The translations under genes and the position numbers were made by a program. From a candidate division WOR-3 bacterium (lineage in GTDB: Bacteria; Hydrothermota; Tepidihabitantia; Tepidihabitantales; Tepidihabitantaceae): a stretch of 64,000 bases of DNA. The notes under the pieces were generated by a model. It ran no database searches, was not told where the DNA came from, and saw only the letters and a list, made by a program, of their open reading frames with translations. Each line of letters begins with the position of its first letter. Position 1 is the stretch's first letter. Location of the stretch: assembly GCA_965649225.1 (NCBI GenBank), contig CBFGJX010000002.1, forward strand, positions 96,001 to 160,000, given 5' to 3'. Below are positions 9,517 to 19,060 of this stretch, piece by piece.

Positions 9517-12500
9517 TCAGCGAACCAACGTCAGCCGCCGGGCAACTTCTCCAGAGCCGGTGTTCAGTACTAGCAGATACACTCCAGCAGGAAGCTGGAC
9601 CAGCGGCACCTCAATCCTGCCGCCGGACTGTACTGCTGCGCGCTGAAAGAGTACGGTCCTCCCGTCGGCAGCGCAGAGTCGAACACCGATATCGCCACTT
9701 CGGGATGGCGAACACCGGAGTACAATCGTATTCCCGCGGACGACCGCCGGCACAACAAGACCGATGGAGGACGTCCGACCGGCATTGGCAACACCATCAC
9801 GAGCCCCCCCAACGGGAAGATTCGCGACAGACACCACTGCCGGGTTAAACGTCCAGAGCTCGTTAGACTTGTTTCCTTTGAGCGCGTAAATCAGGCCGTT
9901 CCAGGGCAAGAGGTCGCACCCGGCCTTCACCCGTTTCTTGCGATTGCTCGGGCCAACCGCCGGTATCGTGTCCAGTTCGGTCCAGGAATCGCCGGCGATG
10001 TCGTAGCGCCAGAATTCCTGCGTATTGGCGGCCTTGAACGCGTAGATGAAGCCATCAAAGTATGTTGCACAGCCTTCCTTCGTCTTGCGCATCCTGGTTG
10101 TGAGGCGACTTGCCAGCGGCATCGGCTTGAGAACCGAGTCCCACACCCCGGTCAACAAATCGAATCGGTAGAACTCGTGGTTCTTGGCCTTGTGTGCGTA
10201 CAGCTTGTAGCGGTCGTGGCCCGGGTTGCGTTCCAGTACCAGCCAGGAGCCGCGGTCCCATTTGGGCTTGATGCCGGCCGGTGCACTCGGCAGCGATTCC
10301 CATGTCCCGCTCTGGATACTGAATCGGTAGAATTCAGTCTTGTCGCCCTTCAGCAGGTAGAGCCAGCTCGAATCCGGTCGTCCCTGCGGCCGATAGAAGA
10401 CGATGTCGGTACCGCCCTTCACACGTTTGTTTGAACTGCCAAGTGGTACGTCCGCCAGCTGGGTCCACTGATCGCTTGCCGGATCGTAGCTGTAGAAGGA
10501 ACTCGTATTGTTACCCTTGATTGCGTAGATCAGCCCATTGTCACCGGCTACGGCGCAGGCGCCCTTGCTCGGGGGTTTGTTTTCAGCACCACGGGGCATG
10601 CCGGTGATGGTGTACCACGAATCGACCGCCGGATTGTAACGGTAGAAGTCCTCGGTCTTGCCGCCCTTGGAGACGTAAAACTGACCGTCAACCTCAACCA
10701 TCCAGGCGCCGTCCTTGCTCTGTCTGCCTGACGGAGTTGTCGGCATCAGGCCAACCGGCGTCCACGCCGCCACCGGCCCAGACTGAACTTCGACTACCGA
10801 GTAGGCGGTATCGTTTGTCGGCACCGGGTCACCAGCGAGCACAGTCCACGACCTCACCTCGTGAGTGCCCAGCTCGACTGGAGTCCAGCTTGAAGCAAAG
10901 TCATGATACTCGGCGGTGTTTCCCGGCAGGGTAATACCGGTTTCGGCGGTATCGAACACGACTGTCCCGCTGCGTTCAATCACCAGTCGGACATCAAACG
11001 TTGCCGCCGAATTGCCAAAACTGCGCAGCCGGACACGGGGGGTTAGCGGAACTCCGGTCTGGACCAGCGGTCCGGGCCTCGTTATTGCCGTCACTCCGAC
11101 ATCTCGAACCAGCACTACCAGAGTCCGCCGCAGTGTATCATTCGCCGGATTGGGATCACCAGCAAGCTCGCTGAACACCTCAACGCCAAAGGTACCGCCA
11201 GCTGCAGTCCAGTCGGGAAACACCAGGGTATCCGATGCACCTGGGGCAAGGTCCGAAACAGTACGCTGGTTACTGTAGCTGCTGCCGATGCGGAACGTCA
11301 CTGGTACTGTCGCGGCGGTGTTCAATGTGCTGACATTGGTAATCACAGCCCGCGGCGTGATCGTTTCACCATTTGTGACCGTGTCAGCAGGCAGTAGAAC
11401 GGCGGTTACGGCTACGTCCGGCGTCAGGAAGATGAAGTCGGCCGGGTAGCGCGGACAGACCTGGCGCCCGTTGTAGTCGCTGATGTTGGCGACGAGCGAA
11501 TGGTAGCCGGCCGGAATCGCCATCCCAACGACCTGCGACTGATTATATACGTAGAGCCGTACCGTATCGGAGCCATCCCGATTGGTCAACCGATAGTTGG
11601 TATTGCCGGTGAAGTTACCGCCCTGCTCGACCATCCGGACCGTATCCAGCCTGACCAGCACGCCTTCAAACGCCTCCTGCTTTGACTGGGCAAACGCGAT
11701 GCGTGTGGTATCGAACTGCCGGTCGTTGCCGCGCCGGACGAACCGAACCAGGTCATTGAACTGGCTCAGCCGATTGAACTCGGTAATGTAACCGGCCAGC
11801 TCGAGACTTTCCCCGAGAGCAAACGGCTCAGGGGTCCCGGCCCGATAGACAAACATGCCGTTCCACGCCCCCCCGGTTCGGGTCCCGATGAATACCCGCC
11901 CCTGGTTCATGATTCCAGTGACAATCGCATTAACACGCACGTAACGGCCGGAGTCAGGCGAGGTCTGGCCAACGAGCGTATCAACAAACTGCACCTGCTC
12001 GATGGTGCGGTCCAGTGGCAGAACATAGCTTTGCACCGCTGAGTTAGTCGGCACTCCTCCGGCAAAACCCTGAATCTGCCAGTAAACAGTATCGCCTCCG
12101 GTCATCGGCGGGATGTGGAAATAGTAAGTCGAATCCGAACTGCGGCTGCTGTCGGCGGGAAGATAAACAAAACTGCCCGACTGATTGCGGTATCCGATCC
12201 GGGCCGAATCAACCGGGGTGGATGTGCCGTACAGTTTGGCCGTCACAACCACATTCTCGTAGGAAAAAGGATATTGGGGTGTCCGACCCAGGACGGTGAT
12301 GTTCACTCCCCCGCTGACAGTGTAGTTGACGATTAGCACTGGTTTCAACGAGTCAACCGTGTGTTCGCGGGCATACCAGTAGTGCCTGATGTCATATGCG
12401 GTTGAGGGCTTGTGTACCCGTAACCCGTAGTTCGGCGTGCCGGTGAGCCAGGCCTGCACGATCGGAGTGACATTCCAGTAGTACCAGGTGGTTGTCGTGA

Positions 12501-12912
12501 CCCAGGTCGAGTCGCAGTCGACAGCCGTCACCGCCGGCTGATTATTCCAGTTGATACCCGTTTCGGTCCATGCGCCGACAACCCGGTTGACCTGATACCA
12601 GTCCTGGGCGCTGGTATTGGTCCGGTAGTAGCAGTACAGCCCAAGCGAGCAGCTTTGAATCGTTGCACCGTTCGGGATCGAGGAAAGATCGAAGTACAGA
12701 AAGGAGTAGTAACTGCGGCTAGCGTCAATCTGCCCGCAGCGCATCCGGAAGCTAGTTCCAAAGTTTTGCGTCGGATTACCGGGGTCAACGTCAGAGTCGT
12801 ATCCGACGTTAAGCACCAGCCGGGCGTCAGTTCTTGCGGTCGGAGGAACCGGGCCGGAAGCCAGCGCCGTCAAAGTCAGCAAAATCAGCACCAGCAGTCC
12901 TTTTGCAGTCAT
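9517..12912 (-). CDS. Large secreted modular protein: DNRLRE-like, OB-fold-like, CARDB/Ig, Kelch-like propeller, T9SS-type CTD
   Basis: SD AAGGAGG before ATG 12912; signal peptide; FLYFDLSSIPNGATIQSCSLGLY..WTETGINWNNQP; GDPNPANDT repeats; YxxKGN...YD..SDxW Kelch repeats; C-terminal LPAGVYLLVL...LTLVR. Confidence 0.85.
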   Translation of the reverse strand: MTAKGLLVLILLTLTALASGPVPPTARTDARLVLNVGYDSDVDPGNPTQNFGTSFRMRCGQIDASRSYYSFLYFDLSSIPNGATIQSCSLGLYCYYRTNTSAQDWYQVNRVVGAWTETGINWNNQPAVTAVDCDSTWVTTTTWYYWNVTPIVQAWLTGTPNYGLRVHKPSTAYDIRHYWYAREHTVDSLKPVLIVNYTVSGGVNITVLGRTPQYPFSYENVVVTAKLYGTSTPVDSARIGYRNQSGSFVYLPADSSRSSDSTYYFHIPPMTGGDTVYWQIQGFAGGVPTNSAVQSYVLPLDRTIEQVQFVDTLVGQTSPDSGRYVRVNAIVTGIMNQGRVFIGTRTGGAWNGMFVYRAGTPEPFALGESLELAGYITEFNRLSQFNDLVRFVRRGNDRQFDTTRIAFAQSKQEAFEGVLVRLDTVRMVEQGGNFTGNTNYRLTNRDGSDTVRLYVYNQSQVVGMAIPAGYHSLVANISDYNGRQVCPRYPADFIFLTPDVAVTAVLLPADTVTNGETITPRAVITNVSTLNTAATVPVTFRIGSSYSNQRTVSDLAPGASDTLVFPDWTAAGGTFGVEVFSELAGDPNPANDTLRRTLVVLVRDVGVTAITRPGPLVQTGVPLTPRVRLRSFGNSAATFDVRLVIERSGTVVFDTAETGITLPGNTAEYHDFASSWTPVELGTHEVRSWTVLAGDPVPTNDTAYSVVEVQSGPVAAWTPVGLMPTTPSGRQSKDGAWMVEVDGQFYVSKGGKTEDFYRYNPAVDSWYTITGMPRGAENKPPSKGACAVAGDNGLIYAIKGNNTSSFYSYDPASDQWTQLADVPLGSSNKRVKGGTDIVFYRPQGRPDSSWLYLLKGDKTEFYRFSIQSGTWESLPSAPAGIKPKWDRGSWLVLERNPGHDRYKLYAHKAKNHEFYRFDLLTGVWDSVLKPMPLASRLTTRMRKTKEGCATYFDGFIYAFKAANTQEFWRYDIAGDSWTELDTIPAVGPSNRKKRVKAGCDLLPWNGLIYALKGNKSNELWTFNPAVVSVANLPVGGARDGVANAGRTSSIGLVVPAVVRGNTIVLRCSPSRSGDIGVRLCAADGRTVLFQRAAVQSGGRIEVPLVQLPAGVYLLVLNTGSGEVARRLTLVR

Positions 12913-13134
12913 CTTGCCTCCTTGGAGCCTGTTTGAATTCATTCCTCTTGACCCTCAGTTTTAGAGGGTCGCCCTAATCTCTTGAAAGCCAGTTCAGTGC
13001 GTAAAACCAACTGGTCAAGAACCGGTAAAGACCGACACCGAGCTCTTAAACGGGAGCAGCCGGTCCACAACTCGACGCTGTCTCCGTGCTTAAAGCCCGG
13101 CCTAAGACAACTGGAATAATTACCACCGTTGGTG

Positions 13135-13704
13135 TCAACATTGCACCGCGCCAGTCGTAGTCCGGGTGAAATAGGCAGCAATTGCCTGGTCGTAATCCGC
13201 CACGATACGAAACGCCGCGGCTGCCAGCCTTCTACGCAGCAAGGCATCCGGCTGGGCGTCGGGCTTAAGTGCTTCAGCCACTTCAGCATAGCAATTCGGA
13301 TGCGGCACGACCGTAACAAAACGCCAGTTTTTCGCCGCTGCTCGAAGCAGAGTGACGCCACCAATGTCAATCAGTTCCGTAAGCTCCTCATCCGTCGCAT
13401 TACGGGCAAGACCTTCCTGAAACGGGTACAAATTGCACACAACAACATCAATTGGCTCAACCGTCAAATCCCGACGTGTCGAAAGAATTCCACCGGCAAT
13501 CTTCGGATGCAACGTCTTGACGCGTCCTCCTAGTATCTCGGGCGAGCCGGTGTACTCGCTGATCTCGCGGACCGGAATGCCGCCATCCCGTATCATCTGT
13601 GCCGTCTTTGCCGTCGAGAGAATCTCGTACCCGACCCGAGACAGTACACCCGCCAGCTCAACGATACCGGTCTTGTCCCAGACTGAAATCACTGCGCGGT
13701 TCAT
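13135..13704 (-). CDS. purH: IMP cyclohydrolase (PurH N-terminal MGS-like domain only)
   Basis: RAVISVWDKTG, GGRVKTLHP, NLYPF, IDIGGVTLLRAAAKN, YDQAIA; ends at 189 aa with no transformylase domain. Confidence 0.85.
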   Translation of the reverse strand: MNRAVISVWDKTGIVELAGVLSRVGYEILSTAKTAQMIRDGGIPVREISEYTGSPEILGGRVKTLHPKIAGGILSTRRDLTVEPIDVVVCNLYPFQEGLARNATDEELTELIDIGGVTLLRAAAKNWRFVTVVPHPNCYAEVAEALKPDAQPDALLRRRLAAAAFRIVADYDQAIAAYFTRTTTGAVQC

Positions 13705-14940
13705 TTACGCTCCGAACTTGGCAAGCTTACGGGCGTGAGCGAGGAGAAAATTCATCAACCAGCGAGCGGGCATCTGACCAAGAGTTCCACGCAGACATGC
13801 CCTTTCGCCGAATTGCTCGACTGACTGCTGCGGCCGACACCACGAAGAATGAATCAAGACGGGCACTGGATGCCAGGAATGCCCGCCCAGCTCTGCCGGC
13901 GTCGAGTGATCACCGGTAATGCACAGTACGTCGAAAGCCATATCCAGCAACCGCGGCAATATCTCCTCGTCAAACCGTTCAATTAGTTCCTGTTTGGCAT
14001 CAAAATCGCCGTCCTCACCGGCACGGTCGGTCTCCTTGAGGTGAAGGAAGAAGAAATCGTGCTCACTGCGGTGACGGGCGAGCGTCTCGACCTCTTCATC
14101 CCAGGATTCCCCGACTGGAAGGACTCTCATTCCCACCAGCCGGGCTAAACCACGGTACATTGGATAAGAAGCGATGCAAGCCGGATTGAGGCCGAAACGC
14201 TGCTGCAACGAGGGAATAACCGGCGGTTTTGCCAATCCACGAACCAGCACTCCGTTGGCCTGTTGGCGCGAACCCAGTACTTTACGGCATTTTTCAATGA
14301 AGCTGTTCACGATTGCCGCACTTCTGGACGCCGCATTGTCGGAGCTGTCCACCGCCTGCACCGGCAGGGGCGGAATACCTTCGTGCTGCGGATCAGAGTC
14401 AGTCAACCCTTGCCCCAACCCCGACCCGCGAAAAACTACAACAAAACGATGCTCCTTGCCAGGCCGGATTGTGACTTCTACGCCGTCGATCTCTGCGATG
14501 GAAGACTGCAACAGACGACAGAGCTCCGTACAAAGTTCGGTTGATATGCGACCTGCGCGCCGGTCAGCAATGCTCCCGTCCGGGGCGATTGTGCAGAAAT
14601 TGGCCCTTCCGCAAAGATCATCGGAGCCGACCTCAAGGCCCGAACCGAGCGCCTCAATCACCCCTCGCCCGACCTGAAACTGCTGAGGTTCGTAGCCAAA
14701 AAGCCCCAGATGAGCCGGGCCCGAGCCTGGCGTGATACCTGGTTCGACCGGTATCAACAGACCCAGCTCCGAGCTGAGTGCCAGCCGGTCGAGATGAGGT
14801 GTCCAGGCCGCTTCCAGCTCTGTCCGGCCGCTGCGCGGCAGTCCGCCGAGGCCGTCCAGCACAACCAGCAGAATACGGCTGTCGGTTCTCTGGGCCAGCT
14901 GTTCTGCAAGCGTCATCTGCTCAATCCTAGCGTTCTTCAC
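13705..14940 (-). CDS. apgM: 2,3-bisphosphoglycerate-independent phosphoglycerate mutase, archaeal (ApgM) type
   Basis: VLDGLGG, TELEAA.TP.LD, PGSGPAHL.LFGY, GRGVIEALG, DRRAGRI, TGDHSTP, HSWHPVP. Confidence 0.93.
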   Translation of the reverse strand: MKNARIEQMTLAEQLAQRTDSRILLVVLDGLGGLPRSGRTELEAAWTPHLDRLALSSELGLLIPVEPGITPGSGPAHLGLFGYEPQQFQVGRGVIEALGSGLEVGSDDLCGRANFCTIAPDGSIADRRAGRISTELCTELCRLLQSSIAEIDGVEVTIRPGKEHRFVVVFRGSGLGQGLTDSDPQHEGIPPLPVQAVDSSDNAASRSAAIVNSFIEKCRKVLGSRQQANGVLVRGLAKPPVIPSLQQRFGLNPACIASYPMYRGLARLVGMRVLPVGESWDEEVETLARHRSEHDFFFLHLKETDRAGEDGDFDAKQELIERFDEEILPRLLDMAFDVLCITGDHSTPAELGGHSWHPVPVLIHSSWCRPQQSVEQFGERACLRGTLGQMPARWLMNFLLAHARKLAKFGA

Positions 14941-14959
14941 CGCCTCGTCAACGGCCTAC

Positions 14960-15661
14960 CTAACGGATACGAACAGCTCTGACCACTGCAAAAGTGTCGC
15001 TGCGAAACATACCCCGGAATCGCAACACATACCAGCCGGTCGGCATCACTGCCCCGCCCAGATTCCATCCTGTCGAAGCATAGCTGGAGTCAGCCAGCTT
15101 CGGCCCGGGAGCTCGTGCATCAGGAAAGGAACCGACACCTGGAATCAGGACGTCGAGGCTGCCAAGCAGAACATCATGATTGAATCGGTAGCTGAATTTG
15201 ACAGCCGTCCGTGCCGAGTCGGACTCCGCCGAAACAGTCGGCTCGACGCGCCGGATGCGCCTCATCACGACATCCGGAACCTCGACCAGTGTCCAATCGT
15301 CCCAGACGTGAAATGACAACGCTGAATCCCTTTTGTCGTAATCCGCCCCCAAAACTCCCACAATGTCGCCGTCGGACACTGTTCCAGAACTGTCGCAATC
15401 CTGCCAGGCGAACAGAAGGTAATCACCACCGGTAACATCGGGAAATCGGAAGCGGACGCGGTAGTTGAAACCGGTGCTGTCAGCCCGTGACCGCCAAAGC
15501 ACCGGTGTGTCGAAACCAGTCGTATCGTGCAGCCAAACCTCCGCCCCACGCAAATCCCCGATTTCCCCGGCAGCAAGAACCAGATTGCCCTCGACTCTCG
15601 TTGGGCCAGTGTAACGGCAGGCCGTGACAGCCACCAGAACAGCCAGAAGTCTATTCCGCAC
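14960..15661 (-). CDS. Hypothetical lipoprotein
   Basis: Lipobox VTAC; DCDSSGTVSDGD calcium-loop-like motif; C-terminal GWYVLRF. Confidence 0.7.
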   Translation of the reverse strand: MRNRLLAVLVAVTACRYTGPTRVEGNLVLAAGEIGDLRGAEVWLHDTTGFDTPVLWRSRADSTGFNYRVRFRFPDVTGGDYLLFAWQDCDSSGTVSDGDIVGVLGADYDKRDSALSFHVWDDWTLVEVPDVVMRRIRRVEPTVSAESDSARTAVKFSYRFNHDVLLGSLDVLIPGVGSFPDARAPGPKLADSSYASTGWNLGGAVMPTGWYVLRFRGMFRSDTFAVVRAVRIR

Positions 15662-16457
15662 CAGTCAACTTCTCCCTCAGTCGAACCACCTCCGCCATAC
15701 GCTGGGTCAGTTGCCGCGAGGCGCCAGCAATCAGGGCAAGCCGTCCATTGGCTACGTTGGCAGCAATGTCTGCCTCGGCGGTATCGGCTCTGGCGAGCGC
15801 CTCTGCCGACCTCAGTGCTGCTGCGAGGTACTCACGACGCAGCACTGCAACCCGCTGGTAATCCGCGGCGTAGGCCCTCATCAGCGCAGCAACAGGGCGG
15901 ATGACGTTACCCTGCCCCAACGGAACTGAACTCACAACCGCCTGCAGCTGCGATGCAATATCGTACAATCTGGCAACACCGGCCAACGCAGTCTCAGCCG
16001 TGACGGCACTTCCAAAACTTGCCAATCTAGCCGCCCCGGCTGAATCCGATCCAGGCGGTGTGGCCAGAGACGACCGAATATCCTGCAGACGCGTCTGCAG
16101 TTCGCTCCAGCGTTGTTCCAAGTCAGCAGCTGTCGATTCGAATGCCACAATCAGCCCGACTGATGAGTTGACCGGTCTTGCCGGTCCGGGAACCGAGCCG
16201 GGGAAACCAGATAACTGTTCCTGCTGCAAATCCCACCCGCCACGGATCGCTTGTTCCGGCTGGTCTGTAGGCTCCGGCAACGGCACACGCCACAGTAGAA
16301 TCAGCACCAGCAACCCGGCCACCGACGCGGCGGTAAAGGAAAGAACAGTAGCGCGGAAACGCGCGACCCTCCTCTTTTGACGACGGTACCTTTGCTCAAG
16401 CTCGCCGTAATCCGGAACCGGGTGAGCCGTCTGCGGGGATGTCGGTCTTTCTGCCAC
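15651..16457 (-). CDS. Hypothetical single-TM coiled-coil/helical protein
   Basis: Long ORF with one TM segment and an Ala-rich helical C-terminus; start at GTG 16457 inferred from promoter geometry TTGACT-16-TATCGT-6-GTG. Confidence 0.65.
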   Translation of the reverse strand: MAERPTSPQTAHPVPDYGELEQRYRRQKRRVARFRATVLSFTAASVAGLLVLILLWRVPLPEPTDQPEQAIRGGWDLQQEQLSGFPGSVPGPARPVNSSVGLIVAFESTAADLEQRWSELQTRLQDIRSSLATPPGSDSAGAARLASFGSAVTAETALAGVARLYDIASQLQAVVSSVPLGQGNVIRPVAALMRAYAADYQRVAVLRREYLAAALRSAEALARADTAEADIAANVANGRLALIAGASRQLTQRMAEVVRLREKLTGAE

Positions 16458-16500
16458 TGCAATACGATAGCGCGACACGGCAGATAGTCAATGCGGTCAC

Positions 16501-16529
16501 TTGACACTTACGTGCCATGTCGTTATGCT
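16501..16529 (+). promoter_or_regulatory. sigma70 promoter (leaderless geometry) for the OMP-plsY-gpsA-merR operon
   Basis: TTGACA-17nt-TATGCT-6nt-GTG(16536). Confidence 0.75.
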
Positions 16530-16535
16530 CAGTCA

Positions 16536-17105
16536 GTGAGGCGACTTTTAGTATCGTTCTCTATCCTCTTTGTAATTCTGCCAGTTACAGCAACTGGTCA
16601 GATCAACCTGTCGCTCCTTCGACACTTTCAGGACTCTCCAATTACGGTTGGGGCCCGGCTCAACGCTGGCTGGCTGCTGCCGAACCGCCGTCCCGAAGTC
16701 AGCCTGACCGGCGAAGCAATCTTTCCTGTCCTCAAGGGTGTCCGGACTCGAATCAGCGTGGTCGATTTGCAGTTCAACGGATTTCAATTCTCCAACAGCA
16801 GACTGGCCTTTGACAGTCTCAATATCGCTGCCAATTCCGGTCTTTCGCTGGACCTGATGGGGTCAACCCGGCTGAAGAATTCCTTCTGGCCGTATGCATG
16901 GCTCGGACCCGAACTCAACGGCAGGATCGACGCCCTGCGACTCAATCTGCGTCTGGGCATTGGCGTCGAACGACCAGTGCAACGCCGGGTCGCCGCCTTC
17001 GGCGAAGCCGGCATTGCCTACGGACACCCTCTGACCGGCAGCAGCAGCCCCACCTTGCGCGCACGACTCGGCGTCGGTCTGCGGCTCGGGCGCTTCAAGC
17101 TCTGA
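16536..17105 (+). CDS. Hypothetical outer-membrane beta-barrel-like protein
   Basis: Signal peptide; alternating amphipathic strands; C-terminal ARLGVGLRLGRFKL. Confidence 0.6.
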   Translation: MRRLLVSFSILFVILPVTATGQINLSLLRHFQDSPITVGARLNAGWLLPNRRPEVSLTGEAIFPVLKGVRTRISVVDLQFNGFQFSNSRLAFDSLNIAANSGLSLDLMGSTRLKNSFWPYAWLGPELNGRIDALRLNLRLGIGVERPVQRRVAAFGEAGIAYGHPLTGSSSPTLRARLGVGLRLGRFKL

Positions 17106-17115
17106 CACCGGTAAC

Positions 17116-17727
17116 TTGCCTGAAGCGCTAATAACTGCCGTTTCGTTTCTGTCAGGCTTTGCGGCCGGGTCAATTCCCTTCGGCTTCATACTCGGCCGCT
17201 GGCGCGGTGTTGACCTGCGTCGTACTGGCTCAGGCAACATCGGCTTTACCAATGCTGAACGGACCGTAGGATTCGGCTGGGGTCTGCTTGTGCTGCTGTT
17301 CGATATTAGCAAGGGAGCGATCCCAACCGCGCTGGCGCCCGCTATCGGGCTGACGGCTTCGGCAGTCGGGCTCGGCTGTGTCCTGGGCCATGTGTTTACC
17401 CCTTGGCTCAGTTTTCGCGGCGGCAAGGGTGTCGCCACCGCACTCGGTACTATTGGAACTTTGCTCGGCCTCAAGGCAGTGCCGCTTTACTCAATCTATC
17501 TTGCCGTAATCCTTGCCACAGGCTGGGTTTCACTAGCTTCACTGACACTGGCCGTTCTGCTGGTGCCGTTTGTGGCCCTGACAACGCCCGCTGATTTGGG
17601 GTTGCTCGGTTTCGCCTTGGGAACAGCAATGACGATCGCCCTGCGCCACACCGCCAACCTTCGGCGACTCCTGAGCGGCACCGAACCAAAACTCGAGATC
17701 TGGCAACGCCTGCTGGCGCGAAAATGA
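17116..17727 (+). CDS. plsY: Glycerol-3-phosphate acyltransferase PlsY
   Basis: GSIPFG, GSGNIG.TN, DISKG, GH.F, FRGGKGVAT, H..NL.RL..G.E. Confidence 0.95.
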   Translation: MPEALITAVSFLSGFAAGSIPFGFILGRWRGVDLRRTGSGNIGFTNAERTVGFGWGLLVLLFDISKGAIPTALAPAIGLTASAVGLGCVLGHVFTPWLSFRGGKGVATALGTIGTLLGLKAVPLYSIYLAVILATGWVSLASLTLAVLLVPFVALTTPADLGLLGFALGTAMTIALRHTANLRRLLSGTEPKLEIWQRLLARK

Positions 17728-18716
17728 ATCGGGCACTGGCGTTCATTGGTGCCGGCAGATGGGCCATTGCCCTCGCTTCGGTTCTGGCGCGCCGGTTCAC
17801 CGAAGTCCTGCTCTACGATTCCAATCCTGCTGCAACCAGCAGAATACGCGCCGGACATCCGCACCCGGACCTGCCCGCGACGTTTCAACTGCCCGGCAAC
17901 GTCCAGGTCGTAGATAGCGCTGCTGACGCCTGCACGAATGCTAAGTTCATTGTGCTGGCCGTGCCATCATCGGCGGTCGAAACAGCAGCGCAAACGATCG
18001 CCGATATCATCCACGAGACGAGTATTGTTGTCAGTGTAACCAAAGGGCTTAAACCCGAGACCGGGGAGCGCATCTCGACGGTATTGACGAGGATTTTGCG
18101 CCGAGACATCGTCATACTGGCAGGTCCGGGGATTCCATACAACTTTGTGCGCGGTGATCCGACATCGCTTGTTTGCGCTGCACAAGTCCCTGACCCGGCT
18201 AATGCCGTCCGAGATACATTTACCGTCAGCAACCTCCGTGTCTATTCTCACTCCGACACGGTTGGCGTCGAAGTAGCGGCAGCCATGAAGAATGTCATCG
18301 CCATTGCTGCCGGGATCGCTGACGGCCTGGGCTTGGGTATCAACGCCAAATCGGCGCTGCTGGCCCGAGGACTTGCCGAAATGATTCGATTCGGCCGATT
18401 CTGCGGTGGTGAGCCTTCGACCTTCGCCGGACTCGCCGGTGTCGGTGATCTGGTGGTAACTGCCTTTTCGCCTCATTCCCGCAACTATTCACTCGGCCAC
18501 GCCATCGGCGCTGGAACGGCGCCCGAACGCGCTGTTGCCCGCCTTGCCGGTGTTGCCGAAGGAGCGGTTACCGCCGGAACAATTATCAGGCAGGCAGCGC
18601 TCGCGACCATCGACCTGCCGATAACCCGGGAGGTCAATGAGATCCTGCAAGCCCGCTCGACACCGGCCGAAGCACTAAACCGCCTCTTGAAGCGACCGCC
18701 GAAAAGGGAGGACTAG
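17724..18716 (+). CDS. gpsA: NAD(P)H-dependent glycerol-3-phosphate dehydrogenase
   Basis: GAGRWA Rossmann motif, TKGL, KNVIAIAAG, GLAGVGDL..T..S..SRN, AEG. Confidence 0.95.
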   Translation: MNRALAFIGAGRWAIALASVLARRFTEVLLYDSNPAATSRIRAGHPHPDLPATFQLPGNVQVVDSAADACTNAKFIVLAVPSSAVETAAQTIADIIHETSIVVSVTKGLKPETGERISTVLTRILRRDIVILAGPGIPYNFVRGDPTSLVCAAQVPDPANAVRDTFTVSNLRVYSHSDTVGVEVAAAMKNVIAIAAGIADGLGLGINAKSALLARGLAEMIRFGRFCGGEPSTFAGLAGVGDLVVTAFSPHSRNYSLGHAIGAGTAPERAVARLAGVAEGAVTAGTIIRQAALATIDLPITREVNEILQARSTPAEALNRLLKRPPKRED

Positions 18717-18721
18717 TTCAC

Positions 18722-19060
18722 ATGTCCAAAGCCTATTTCACGGTAACCGAAACCTGTACCAACCTCGGAATCGAACCCCACGTACTCCGCTACTGGGAGA
18801 AGGAATTCGACATTCACCTCAAACGAAATTCAGCCGGACGCAGAATCATCTCATCCGAGCAACTCGCCCGGCTCCAGCTCATCAAACATCTCCTGCACAA
18901 AGAGAAGTTAACCATCAAAGGCGCGAAGAAACGCCTGGCTCAGGCCACACCAAATGCCGGCTCTGAGGCGGCGTCGGCTCTCAGCGAATCAGCGCGCCTG
19001 CAGATAAAGAAGGAACTGCTTGCCCTGAAAAGCCTGGTCCAACAGCTACCAGCCGTTTGA
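18722..19060 (+). CDS. MerR-family HTH protein
   Basis: HVLRYWEKEF...RNSAGRR...IKHLL...LTIKGAKKRL. Confidence 0.88.
   Translation: MSKAYFTVTETCTNLGIEPHVLRYWEKEFDIHLKRNSAGRRIISSEQLARLQLIKHLLHKEKLTIKGAKKRLAQATPNAGSEAASALSESARLQIKKELLALKSLVQQLPAV

Noticed and set aside
13120..13140. purH ending Cys-TGA as a CU selenoprotein motif
   Set aside because: Only four codons follow before TAA, no hairpin lies at SECIS distance, and the tail is outside the conserved domain.
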